Source: Squalus acanthias (Eukaryota). Taken from it: a stretch of DNA of 64,000 bases. The notes under the pieces are model-generated. The model did not search any database and had not been told where the DNA came from. It worked only from the letters and a program-made list of their open reading frames with translations. Numbering within the stretch: the first letter of the stretch is position 1; each line of letters begins with the position of its first letter. The stretch is from positions 23,252,001 through 23,316,000 of the forward strand of contig CM059433.1 in assembly GCA_030390025.1 (NCBI GenBank). Direction: 5' to 3'. Shown here piece after piece: positions 1-11,679 of the stretch. The translations under genes were made by a program, and so were the position numbers.

Positions 1-775
1 TCATCGCCAGTCATGTCGTGGCACTGTGGCAGTTGGAGAGGTCAATCCCCTTGGGGACAGAAACGGTATGTTCATCATCTCTCTCTCTTCTCTCTCATAC
101 CACTTCCCCCTCACAACACCAACCTTTCCCACTTTCCATCTAACTATACTGTCTCCATTCCTTGCTCCCTTCCTGCCCTCACATTAAAGACACTCTTGTA
201 CCTCCTGCTTTCAGATAGTGAGCCACCATCTGACCAGCCTGTCCCTCAGCCTGCGTCTCCCGAGGGCGAGACATCCGATACTGGGGCCATGCGTTCACTG
301 GAGGGGAGCAGCGGATTTGGCTCTGATGTGGGTGAAGCTCCGGGACCCAGCGGGCTGCAGCAACACCATGGGGGAAGGGAAGCTCGAGGGCCATCTCCCT
401 GGAGGGTGAGTGCACGCACAAGTTCTGCTGCACAGGACTCGGATGAGGACCTCGATATCGCGGCAATGAATACACAGGCGATGAGCATGCATACTGAGCT
501 CACGGGTGCAATGGCAAGGGTGCCCGACAGCATGGATGCACTGGCTAGGAGGAGTCCGCCGCCAGCACAGCTGTCATCTGTGTGCAAACCCTCGAACCCA
601 TCCTTGCCTCGTTGCAGAGGATGGTTAAATTGCAGAGAAACCGTGGGGACCCAGATCCCATGCGGCATGTAATGGGTGAGGTGGCAGCATCTATTGCAGC
701 ACAGTCCGAGGCAATGCAATGGCTTAGTGCTGGAATTGAGTCATTGGTTGGTGTCATCCAATGTCAGACTGCTCC
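1..775 (+). pseudogene. 3' part of a PIF/Harbinger Myb/SANT-like accessory gene (degenerate, spliced)
   Basis: Donor ACG|GTATGT near 67 and acceptor CTGCTTTCAG| at 214. The translation (RVSARTSSAAQDSDEDLD...EVAASIAAQ) parallels 18579-19583 (RARLHTSSAAEGSDEDFD...DVSASIAAQ) and 45129-45794. Confidence 0.7.
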
Positions 776-1199
776 GTGACTCCTGCTTGCTTCTTGAGGA
801 CTGCACTCTGCAAATTCTAGTCTGTGGCTGCTGTGTAACCACAGCTCCCAATAACTTTGTAAAACGTGTGTGGCTTGCAGTTGCTTTTAGATGAAAATGC
901 TGGAATCCCGTGTGGAATTCGATAGCTTGATGTGTATTCTGAAATAATAAAAAAAGCCATTCCATATTACTTTTCATACCCATTCCCCCGAGTAGATCTT
1001 TGATCTATTGAAATGTATCAGTGCGAGATTATCAGGATTTTTAATATATTTTGCAAACCAGTTTGATATCATTAATAGGCAAAATTTGGTTGTTTAATGT
1101 TCTTTTCTGACAAGGGCGGTATGAGGATGGTGCAAGTCACACAATTGCACAAGATCCTGAGCCAGTCAAGGGCTCCAAGTGGATCCTGTGAAAGGACAC

Positions 1200-1950
1200 A
1201 ACAACAGCAACAGCGTGCATTTATATAGCACCTTTAACGTAGTAAAACATCCCAAGGTGCTTCACTGGAGCGTTAGCAAACAAAATATGACCTCGAGCCA
1301 CATGAGGAGATAAATGGGCAGATGGCCAAAAGCTTGGTCAAAGAGGTAGGTTTTAAAGGAGAAGAGAGGGGTAGAGAGGCAGAGAGGTTTAGGGAGGGAA
1401 TTCCAGAGCTGAGGGCCTCGACAGCTGAAGGCACAGCCACCAGTGGTGGAGCAATAAAAATCGGGGATGCACAAGAGACCAGAAGTAGAGGAGCACAGAG
1501 ATCTCAGAGGTTTGTAGGAGGTTACACAGATAGGGAGGGGTGAGGCCCTGGAGCGATTTGAAAACAAGGATGAGATTTTTAAAATCGAAGCAGTGCTGGA
1601 CCGGGAATCAGTGTAGGCCATCGAGCACGGGGGTGATGGATGAACAGGATTTTGTGCAAATTAGGATACGGGCATCATTTTGGATGAGCTCAAGTTTACA
1701 AAGGGAACAAGGTGGGAGGTCATTGGAATAGTCAAGTCTAGTGGAAAGAAAGGCACGGATGAGGGTTGCAGCAGCAGATGAGCTGAGGCAAGGGCAAAGA
1801 CGGGCGATGTTATGGAGGTGGAAATAGGCGGTCTTGGTGAAGAGGATATGGGGGCAGAAGCTCAGCTCAGGGTCAAAGAGAACGCCAAGGTTGCAAACTG
1901 TCAGGATCAGCCTCAGAGAGTGGCCGGGGGAGGCGATGGAGTCGGTGGCT
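1200..1950 (-). mobile_element. L2-clade LINE 3' fragment
   Basis: The reverse complement gives ...GGCAFSCRGPQLWNSLP... and a 3' end of type GTGAAGCACCTTGGGATGTTTTACTACGTTAAAGGTGCTATATAAATGCA-(GTT)n, shared with 36930-37410. Confidence 0.8.
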
Positions 1951-2989
1951 ATACAATGGTAATAGTTGATCCCTGATCACTTGGTCAACTATTTTTATAT
2001 TACCTACTGCAAACATGCCTTTTCATGACCTTACATCTGCGGATTTGACACCAAATCAAGTAGGTAGTATTTAGTATTGTTGTCTAGTGAAATATAGCGG
2101 CCCCTATTCTATACATGGAAACCCTGCAAACAAACGTCCCTCCTGATTTCTCAATCCATATAGCTAGCCACACTACTGTAGACTGCTTAAAGATGCAGCA
2201 CATGTTTTATCTCAATTGTTATTCCTTTTTAAGTAAATGGCAGTGGAAAACTGCTTCACCTCTGGAATATTAAACTGCTTCCTCTGCCATGTAAATGAGC
2301 AAACAAAACACCTCAAAAGGAGGAATTGATAGAGATAAAATTCGAGGAGACTCTTGCGTTGTTGTTCAATGCCGGAGTTAAAGCTGACAGTAAATCACAA
2401 GTTTTGGTTCCATTCTTGTGTGCGCATGAAGCAGTGGGCTATTGAAAGCTTTTATCATCTGACCTCAGGGAGAACATGCGTCAGTGTTGAACAAGACTGA
2501 TGTTACTATAAGTAAAAGTTTGCTCAACTGTGAGTCATATTTGTAAAAGTATCGAGTATCAGACAACTGCTTATTAATAAAATCCAAATATGTCAGATCA
2601 AAATTAAGCAGATCTAAACCTAAAGTGTATTTATGATGTGAGACTTCGAACAAGGCTCACCTTGTCTAGGATCTTGTACTTAAAGAAAAAATGATTGTCG
2701 CGTATTTCAGTTGAGATGGTAACTCGTTTAACATAAATTAAGTGGTATGACCACTCAGTTAAAGTGGTGAACAAAGGAAATAGACACAAATGTGTTAAGG
2801 CTTCATGCACTAATATCGCAAAGAGTAACTTCAAAGCCTTAGAGGGTTATTTTGGTGAAGGATGAAAACAGGCACAAATTGGTGCAGTGCTGATAAGACA
2901 GGCCTGTTTGAAAGTCCGGATTTAGCACGCAATTTTGGTCCTAATTGCTGATTACCATAATTTGGATTTGCCTGGAGTTGCTAAAACAG

Positions 2990-3866
2990 AGACACCTGCA
3001 GGTTTAGCACTCAAGCGCTGATTAGACACAATTTTCGTGGAGCAGCACATGTGGGCTCCTCGCCCCCACTTCCACTGAAGATGTGGAGTGCGCTGGCTGA
3101 CACACAGTGGTATGTTTCAGGATAGCTCAGGGGCCGAGGGAGAGGGGGCACAGGTTCTCGGACGCGGCACTGGAGGTCCTGGAGGAGGAGGTCCAGAGGA
3201 GGAGGGATGTCCTGTACCCGCAGGGGGGAGGAGGCAACCTTACCTTCCTCGCCCTCTTGTCCCTCTCTCCTGCAGCAGCTGGTGCTGCTCTGCTTGGCCT
3301 CATGCCGTCCTCCTATTTCTCCTGCAGACCAAGGGGGACCCATCGCAAGATGCCCATGACCAAGTACTCTCTCCTGGTGATTCCTATGCGGTGTCCAATA
3401 AGGTAGAATAGCACAGTACTCCCTCTTTTTGGTGAAGTCCTCAGAGAATTTCCAGATCAAATGTTGATAAGAGTGTTGATGAAGTCTTGTCAAAGTGTCC
3501 CAGAAAGTCTCCCAATGTGTTTCAAAAGTCCTCTTCAAACCTCCAGCAGCAAGTGAAGAGTAAAAGGTAGTGCTCGAAATCCTCTGAAATGCTGTGTTTA
3601 CACCCAATCAGCTGGTTGCTGTTAGGAGAGGGCCTTAGGTCAAGCGCTATCCACCAAAACACCATGCAGCCTCCTTAATGAGCACTAGCAGGCAATTTAA
3701 GTGGCAATCAGCCCCTTAATGATCCTCCGGTCAGCCGTTCCTAGCGCAAGCTTCAACTCCTTTACCAAGATGGCGTCTTGCGTTAAACGCGGGCTAAACT
3801 CAAGACCCCAACTTGGCCACATCGGAGGCTCTTTAGCGCCTAAAGTATCCGGGGAAAATTGTCCCC
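2990..3866. mobile_element. Internally deleted Harbinger derivative: Myb 5' end (+) fused to transposase 5' end (-)
   Basis: The + frame reads RERGHRFSDAALEVLEEEVQRRRDVLYPQ (Myb/SANT-like start). 3240-3866 is the reverse complement of the transposase-side end at 42083-42770, including the terminus GGGGACAATTTT. Left boundary uncertain. Confidence 0.75.
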
Positions 3867-4009
3867 TCAGGGTTTACATTGCCCCAGTAGTGCACTGCTG
3901 AATGTGTTCCTGTAAGATCACTGTGTACATTACAATCCTGCCCAAATGGTGTCACCAAAGGAAATAAAATGCTCATATTTATATGGCACATTTTCCTCTA
4001 ACCCGACAA

Positions 4010-4308
4010 CGCTTGAGAACTTTGTGTTCCTCCCACTTTGGCCCCTTGTACATGTCCCACTTCCTTCACCCCACCATATGTAGCCATGCCTTCAGCTGTC
4101 TAGGCCCTACACTCTGGAATTCTCTTTCCAAACCTCTCCAGTTCTCCACCTCCCTCTTCTTAAAACCCACCTGGGTGCCAATGCTTTTAGTCAACTCTCT
4201 TAATAGCATCTTCTTTGGCTTAACGTTGATTTCTGTTTGATTACACCTCTGCGAAGCAATCTTGGGATATTCTACATTGGAGGTGCTATATAAACACAAG
4301 TTGTTGTT
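4010..4308 (+). mobile_element. L2-clade LINE 3' fragment
   Basis: AFSCLGPTLWNSL motif and a GCTATATAAACACAAGTTGTTGTT tail. Confidence 0.75.
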
Positions 4309-4310
4309 AC

Positions 4311-4950
4311 GGGGCGATTCTCCTCCGTGATCCTGCCCACAATCGGTGGAGAATGAGGGAAAATGTCGGCGGTGAGGCGTACCACTGCCTCACTGCTCTT
4401 CCCTTCCCCTGACCCTGCTGGGACCGCTGCTGACTGCTCCTTCCCCACTTGCTGCATGCAAATATCATTGGGGATGGGAGGCCAGGGTACCCAGAGGATT
4501 TCCCTCCAGTCCTCCCCACTTAGCCCTGCTTCCCGGCGTCACATGTGGAAGGTGGCGGTGGGCCATGGGAAGTGGTGGTAAAGATCTTGAGATCCCCCTT
4601 ATGGAGGGAGAGGGCTTGGAGTAGCCTCCCTCTGTCCAATCAGCCACATTCACTAACCAGTTGAACATCCGGTCTCAGCTGAAGCCTTTAGTGGGACAGG
4701 TGGTCTGATCTTCAGAACACTTCTGCCCCTTTAAGGTCCCTTGCCACCACTTCCACCATCTCACTGAATGGCTCCCCCTTGGCGATTCGAATCCTGCCAG
4801 AAAGCCACCGTGCATTACAAATGACTCCAACCCAGGGAATTGGGTCAGGGTTGAGGCAGATTCGGAGGGGTAGGTGGGTGGAAGTCCCGCCCTGCTGGAA
4901 CTCTGCCTGGAAGAGGACAATTCCGGGCACACTCAATTTTGCTCTCCCAC
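4311..4950. mobile_element. Degenerate GC-rich non-autonomous DNA transposon (Harbinger-type MITE)
   Basis: GGGGCGATT start, AATTTT..CCC end, and composition similar to other MITEs in the window. Confidence 0.4.
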
Positions 4951-5784
4951 CACTCGTCTACTCTTCAGATTTATCCAAAGTTACAGCTGAAGTTATGCTA
5001 ATGAGATAACCCAGGAAAATTGGATGTGTAAAGCTGACTCAATTTCAGTCAATCTAAAGCCCACCAATAAGCATTCTGCTGGTAATAAGGCAGATAGAGA
5101 ACAATATAGGCTCTGAGCTCCTACTACTCCTGTTTTCACCACCTCCCGTCCCTCATTAAGGCGATTTTGAAATCCTCGTCCTTAGTTTTAAGATCATTTG
5201 ACGGTCTGACTCCTCGCTATTCAGTATTGGATGAGTCGCGCCACAGTACCACTGCTGTTGGAAGGACTGATTATCAGGAGAACAGTGTTACCTATTAAAA
5301 GTAGTAGAAGCAGACATTGCTTCTAGGTATTACTGAGGCATAGTGAGTGTGACTAAATCATAACAAGGAAATGAAGAACAGGACGTGTCAAGAATTTTAA
5401 TACATTATAGACAGACATTATGTCAGGTCCTATGTCACTGTCGTCTTGTACTCTTTCAGCCACATTACAGTGCATCCACTATGCTTATTGCATCCAACGC
5501 ACAACACAAAAAGAACAATCAAGGATGAGAAAAGGCCTTTCAGGTTTAATCTTTTCCTCCAGCATGTAACATAATGAATGGCCCTAAAGTCATGTCTCTA
5601 CTACCTTGCCTGTCAGACTATTCCCAACATTTATCAAACTTTGAGCACAAAAAATGTCTTCCTTGTATCCAGGTATACCAATTAATATTTTATATACCTC
5701 AGTAAGGCCACTTTCAACTCTCTGTTGAAGCAGCCCGAACTTCTCTCATCTTTTTTTCATAGCTTATTCCCTTTAGAGAGCGAA

Positions 5785-6135
5785 CTCAATCATATAGCAT
5801 CTTATCATGTCCTCAGGACATCCTAAAAAGCTTCACAACCAACACATTACTTTTATAGTGCAATTATTGTTGTTATGCAGGTAAACACAGCAGCCCACTG
5901 AACACAAACAGAAAATGAGATAAATGGCGAGTCAGTTTACTGGTTGAAGAAGAATGATGGTTAGGACATCTGCTCTTGGGAGCTTTTACATCCACCTGAT
6001 CAGTCAGACAGGGTCGTAATATCTTATGTGAAAAACAGCACCCTTTACCACTAGATTCAAATGCCAAATGTACTGGAATTTAACCCACAAACATACGGAG
6101 TCAGAGGCAAGAATGCAACCAACAGAACCAAACTA
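5785..6135 (-). mobile_element. Degenerate Deu-domain-type SINE
   Basis: Similar to 36033-36305; contains GGGAGCTTTTACATCCACCTGA..CAGACAGGG. Confidence 0.55.
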
Positions 6136-6412
6136 ACACATGGGATTATTCTTGTTGCTGCCCACTGGACCCTCTCCAATGCAATTAATTTCTTTTCATA
6201 GACGATATAATGAGGAAAATTTTCAAAAGTAGGTATGTTTGAGACAGTAATTGAATCCTGCACTTCTGCTGACATTCAAAAACCACTCAATCATTACTTA
6301 TCGGAACCACTCCATTGAATTACTGGTCCCGATGTTAACTGGTGGGGTGGGGGCAATATTCAGCGGCTGAGCTTTGATGTCAGTTCAAACCTCACCCGCT
6401 CCAGAAAAGAAG

Positions 6413-6853
6413 AGGGGGGAGTGAGATCGGGAGGGGGGAGTGAGATCGGGAGGGGAGAGTGAGATCGGGAGGGGGAGTGAGATCGGGAGGAGGGAGTGAG
6501 ATCGGGAGGAGGGAGTGAGATCGGGAGGGGGAGTGAGATCGGGAGGGAATTGAGATCAGGAGGAGGAGTGAGATCGGGAGGAGGGAGTGAGATCGGGAGG
6601 GAATTGAGATCAGGAGGAGGAGTGAGATCGGGAGGAGGAATGAGATCGGGAGGAGGGAGTGAGATCGGGAGGGAATTGAGATCAGGAGGAGGAGTGAGAT
6701 CGGGAAGTGGGAGTGAGATCGGAAGGAGGGAGTGAGATCGGGAGGAGGGAGTGAGATTGGGAGGGGGGAGTGAGATCGGGAGGAGGGAGTGAGATCGGGA
6801 GGGGGGAGTGAGATCGGGAGGAGGGAGTGAGATCGGGAGGAGGGAGTGAGATT
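6413..6853 (+). repeat. G-rich minisatellite, about 15-19 bp unit GAGTGAGATCGGGAGG(A/G)GG
   Basis: More than 20 directly adjacent units with no unique spacers. Confidence 0.95.
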
Positions 6854-7602
6854 GAAAGGTGGAGCGACATCAGGCAGGGGGAAGTCACAGTGAAAGAGGA
6901 GGTACTGAAGATACTGGAAAGATAAAAATTGATAAAGAGGAGCTAATAGAAAGGCTGTCTGTAATTAAAATTGATAAGTCACCAGGTCAGATGAGATGCA
7001 TCCTAGAATGCTGAGGGAGGTTAAGGAGGAAATCACAGAGGTACTGGCCATAATATTCCAATCATCCTTAGATATGGGGGTCGTGCAAGAGGACTGGAGA
7101 ATTGCAAATGTTACACCCTTGTTCAAAAAGGGTGTAAGGATAAACACAGCAACTGCCACCCAGTCTGTTTATCCTTGGTAGTGGGGAAGCTTCTTGAAAC
7201 GATAATCAGGGACAAAGTTAACAGTCACTTGGACATGTGTGGATTAATTAAGGAAAGCCAGCACAGATTTGTTGAAGGCAAATCGTGTTTAACTAACTTG
7301 ATCGAGTTTTTTGATGAGGTAACAGAGAGGGTTGATGAGGGTAATGCGGTTGACGTGGTGTATATCGACTTCCAAATGGCGTTTGATAAAGTGCCACATA
7401 ATAGGCTTGCCAGCAAAGTTGAAGCCCATGGAATAACAGGGACAGTGGCAGCATGGATATGAAATTGGCTAAGTGACAGGAAACCGAGAGTAGTGGTGAA
7501 CGGTTGGTTTTAGGACTAGAGGAAGGTATACCGTGGTGTTCCCAAGGGTCGGTTCTAGGACCACTGCTTTTCTTGATATATATTAATGACTTGGACTTAG
7601 GA

Positions 7603-8139
7603 CCTTAGAAACACACGACAACGCAAAATCATCGAGCAGAAACTGATAGCCAAGTTCCGCACTCATGAAGACGGTCTCAATCGGGATCTTGGGTTTATGT
7701 CACGATACATGACGTGATCCGGACTCGAGTCGTCGTTAGCTTGTTCACAGATGTGATTCCCAGTAAAAAAGTAAAAATTTTCCCAGTAAAAAAGTAAATT
7801 TTTTTTTAAAGCTTTTCGTTTTACATACAGACGGCAGCTTTTGACACGTTGGAACCCCTGCGACTACACCTCATTGTCTCAGTTGTATCTTGCTATGTCT
7901 TTTGATGTGGTACCTTCCTGGCTGACTTAATTAACTTTATCACACCTCGGCAGATAGTCAGGATGATTTAATTTATTGGTCTGCAATTGTAAAGTACACA
8001 TGCTTTTTTTTCCATCTATATATGCTCTGGCGATTCTGTATCCAATTTACTTCACCTGAGGAAGGAGTGATAGCTCCGAAAGCTTGTGATTTCAAATAAA
8101 ACTGTTGGACTATAACCTGGTGTTGTGCGACCTCTCAAT
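7603..8139 (+). mobile_element. Penelope-like element 3' fragment (end of ORF plus pseudo-LTR), 12-bp TSD
   Basis: Encodes LRNTRQRKIIEQKLIAKFRTHEDGLNRDLGFMSRYMT*, resembling a GIY-YIG C-terminus. TSD TTGGACTTAGGA at 7591-7602 and 8140-8151. Confidence 0.85.
8052..8089 (+). ncRNA. Minimal type I hammerhead-ribozyme-like motif
   Basis: TCAC-CTGAGGA-A-GGAGT-gata-GCTCC-GAAA-GCT-T-GTGA: stem I, CUGANGA, stem II, GAAA, palindromic AAGCTT. Confidence 0.7.
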
Positions 8140-8491
8140 TTGGACTTAGGAGCACAGGGGACAATTTCAAAATTTGCAGATGACACAAAACTTGGAAGTA
8201 TAGTGAACAGTGAGGAGGATAGTGATAGACTTCAAGAAGACACAGACAGACTGGTAAAATGGGCGGACACGTGTCAGATGAAATTTAACGCAGAAAATTG
8301 CAAAGTGATACATTTTGGTAGGAAGAGCGAGGAAAGGCAATATAAACTAAAGGGTACAATCCTAAAGCGGGTGCATGAACAGAGAGACCGGGGGGTATAT
8401 GTGCACAAATCGTTGAAGGTGGCAGGGCAGGTTGAGAAAACGGTTTAAAAAAAAAGCATACGGGATCCTGGGCTTCATAAATAGAGGCATA

Positions 8492-9182
8492 GGGGGAGAA
8501 ATTGAGTCACGCCCCCTTTGGGGTGCTAACTTCGCCGGGGCGCTACTTTTAGCGCCCCCACGGCCGAAATTGAGTGGTAGCGCCCCAAGAGGGAAGCGGG
8601 GCGCTACTGGAAGCGCCCCGTCTCCCTCTTGGGGCGCTGCGAGGGAATATCACGGCGCAACGTGGCACTGCGGCACATCGCGCTGCGGTATTGCAGGCCT
8701 TCCTCCCCTTCTTAAAGGGGAGGGACCTTGCGCAGCGCGACCCGGGGCCACCGGGGATCGGAGTGCCGGCAAAAGAGCCCGGCACTCGAGAAGTGCCGGG
8801 CTCATGGAGCGCAGCCGGCACTCCGCGGGGGGCCTGCAGAAGAGGCCGGTGGCGGCAGCGGAGGCAGGTGCTGGTAGGCGGCCAGCAACAAAAATGGCCG
8901 CCCGGTACCTCACTTTAAATAGCGACACCCCGGCCGCAGGTAGGCCCCCCTGACCCCATCGGACATAGCGTCCGGCAGTAAGTCAGGGGGCGCTACCGAA
9001 GATCGGGGCAGGGGTGCGAGCGGGGCGCTGCACACGGCAATGACGTCATCGCCAGCAGTGCAGTGCCGCGGGGCACTAACAGTTAGCGCCGCTGCTAACT
9101 TCCCGCTGAATTTTGCGGGAGGCGTTGGCGACGCCACGCCCGGGCGCTAACGGGAGGCGCAAAGCAATCGAATTTTTCCCCC
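8492..9182. mobile_element. Harbinger-type MITE, TSD ATA
   Basis: TIRs GGGGGAGAAATT / AATTTTTCCCCC. Removing the element restores CR1 sequence AGAGGCATAGAGTACAAAAG. CpG-rich. Confidence 0.9.
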
Positions 9183-10142
9183 ATAGAGTACAAAAGCAAG
9201 GAAGTTATGATGAAACTTTATAAAACACTGGTTCGGCCTCAACTGGAGTATTGTGTCTAATTCTGGGCGCCGCACTTTAGGAAGGATGTGAAGGCCTTAG
9301 GGAGGGTGCAGAAAGGATTTACGACAATGATTCCAGGGATGAGGGACTTCAGTTACGTGGATAGACTAGAGAAGCTGGGGTTGTTCTCCTTAGAGCAGAG
9401 AAAGTTGAGAGGAGGTTTGATAAAGGTATTCAAAATCATGAGGGGTCTAGACAGAGTAGATAGAGAGAAACTGTTCCCATTGGTGGAAGGGTCGAGAACC
9501 AGAGAACACGGAATTAAGGTGATTGGCAAAAGAACGAAAGGCGACATGAGGAAAAACTTTTTTACGCAGTGAGTGGTTAGGATCTGGAATGCACTGAAAG
9601 GGTGGTGGAGGCAGACTCAATCGTGGCTTTGAAAAGGGAATTGGATAAGTACCTGAAGGAAAAAATTTGCAGGGCTACGGGGAAAGGGCGGGGGAGTGGG
9701 ACTCACTGAAGTGCTCTTGCAGAGAGCCGGCACGGGCTCGACGGGCCGAATGGGCTCCTTCTGTGATTCGATAAGTGAGCTCGAGAGGGGAGGCCTGAGA
9801 TTTCCTTGTGTTGCCCGGAGCAGTACTCCTCATCCTCCTGACCCTACAAGGAAATTTTAAAAGTATTTGAAAATGACCTCTTCTGACCCCAATTCAGTCC
9901 TGCGCTGGGTGGGCCTGGTGGGAAACTCGCCGTCGTTTTCCGCTTAGGCCTCGAAGTAAAAATTGCAATTGCAATGGCTAAAAAGGACCCCACCGGCTTT
10001 GGGCAGGTGTGTTTTCCACCTGCTGAGTGGAGCAGGTAAATATCTTGGCTAGTCTGCTCCCGGCGGTTCCAGGGCGGGTAAGTGACCTGGGGGAATATCT
10101 ACTGTCCAGCAGTCCAGTTGCTGCCAGGCGAGTAAAGTTAAT

Positions 10143-10904
10143 GGCCCAGAAATTTGATTCGGAGGCTTGCCGCGGGGGTAAGGATCGCGCGCGATATCAC
10201 ACTCCGCGCCTGCCGATGAGTTTTGGGCCCACAGGAATTTCGGGTCCTGGGCCTCTCCCTGGTGCCGGCGTGCAGTGTGTGCGTGTCCCAGGGGCGCAGT
10301 TAGTGCGATGCGATCTCTGGGATCACGTGGGCCACGGAGAGCCAATGGCAGCAGACTATCTTTCATTCATAGATTTGACAAGAGACCTGTCAAATCTGTG
10401 AATTGAAAGAGACCCCAAAAGAACAGCTAAACCTCAAATAAATTTTTTAAAAACCATCACATTAATCAAATTACTATAGTTAAATAAATTAACCACTTTA
10501 AACAAAAATTTAAATTTTTGAAAAAATTAAAAAAAAATTTAAAAGTTATAAAAATAAACTTACCTTTCTTTAAAGTCTCTAAAAAAGATAAACCTGTTGA
10601 AAAAAGTTAAAAATTATACTTAATTAACTACTTACCTTGTTCAAAAAGGGTCTTACGCCTCCTTTTTTCTTGTGTAGAATCTTCCATACTTACCCTCGCG
10701 TTGAAACCTGAAAAAAACCTAAGTGTGCTGCGTGCGCGCAGCCTCTAGTGCGCACGCGGTTCACCTAGGAACCGCCCCCTTCACCAGACCGGAAGTGCCG
10801 GTTTCCCGCGCATGCGCAGTGCATGCAGGAAACCGGCACTTCGGGACCGAATACGGGTGAGTACGCAACGGGTACTCTCCCGTATTCGGCCGAATTTCTG
10901 GGCC
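10143..10904. mobile_element. Harbinger-type MITE (AT-rich core family), TSD AAT
   Basis: TIRs GGCCCAGAAATT / AATTTCTGGGCC with AAT on both sides. Homologous, in inverse orientation, to 53972-57288 and 62207-62949. Confidence 0.9.
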
Positions 10905-11679
10905 AATATCGCTCCACTGTTTTGAAACAAATTAAAATGTATTGTGTGTAATCAGCTATACACTCGACAGGAGTACACTGCACTGATTGTGCTATTTAAA
11001 TAATTTCATAGATTTTATTGATTTATACATATTTATAGCTCACTTAGAAAGCAAAAATAGGTATTTGTTTTTGCTCTTCGACATAAAAAAGCCCTCCGAT
11101 TGGTTCTGTTTCAGTCTCGATCCTGTACCCTCTGTAGTCACCTATAATGTCTTGGGATCATGCAAATAAACACAGAAAGAAAAGCTACGTATACTAAAAC
11201 CTGAGGTAAAAATAGAAAATACAAAAGCACAACAGGTAAGTCGCCATCTGAAAGAGGAAAGATCGAAAATCATTTTGTGTGAGACTCTTCAACAGATCCA
11301 TCTTTCTAAGACATTAATATGCCGTAAATTGTATGCCATTAATTCTTTTGATGCTTTTAATCCCTAACCTGTTAATTGATATAAAAAGGACTCCAGACAA
11401 AATCACTAGCATTAGAGCTTATAAATTGTAGAATCTAATAGCTCTGTTATCAAAATGTTCAAAATTCTAAAACTCGCAATTTATTGTTAAATGTTTTCAG
11501 CTCCTTCTCAGTGAATATAGACCACATAAATGTAAATTTAGCTGTGGCCCTTGCATCATCTAATCAATTTATGACAGAACAGAATAGTTAATTTGATGGA
11601 ATAGTTTCAAAGTAATTGTTATAATGCAATTTGTTTCTGGATTTGGAATGAAGGAATGAAAGCTGTTAGAAGGTGTACC

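Larger units (their letters stand above)
6886..9768 (+). mobile_element. CR1 LINE, 5'-truncated, disrupted ORF2, interrupted by a Penelope element and a MITE
   Basis: RT motifs KSCLTNLIEFF, DFQMAFDKVPH, ISKFADDTKLG; 3' end GGGCCGAATGGGCTCCTTCTGTG. Confidence 0.95.
6324..10914. mobile_element. Old MITE hosting nested insertions
   Basis: Left end GGTCCCGATGTTAAC; right end GTTAAT[insert]ATCGCTCC is an imperfect inverse. GC-rich body resumes at 9770-10140. Confidence 0.45.

Noticed and set aside
2108..2678. Possible minus-strand host exons: an 18-nt microexon (YKILDK, about 2661-2678) spliced to GFHV* (about 2108-2122)
   Set aside because: The splice signals are plausible, but no upstream exon chain or recognisable protein supports it; needs RNA-seq.
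6202..6232. Plus-strand microexon candidate TTTCATAG|ACGATA...|GTATGT
   Set aside because: Too short to distinguish from chance, and no consistent partner exons.
6413..6853. CRISPR-like array or Gly/Ser-rich ORF 6496-6735
   Set aside because: There are no unique spacers and the context is eukaryotic; the ORF is only the translated minisatellite.
8432..8953. Overlapping ORFs or a CpG-island promoter
   Set aside because: The region lies essentially within a TIR/TSD-bounded MITE; its CpG richness more likely reflects young age.
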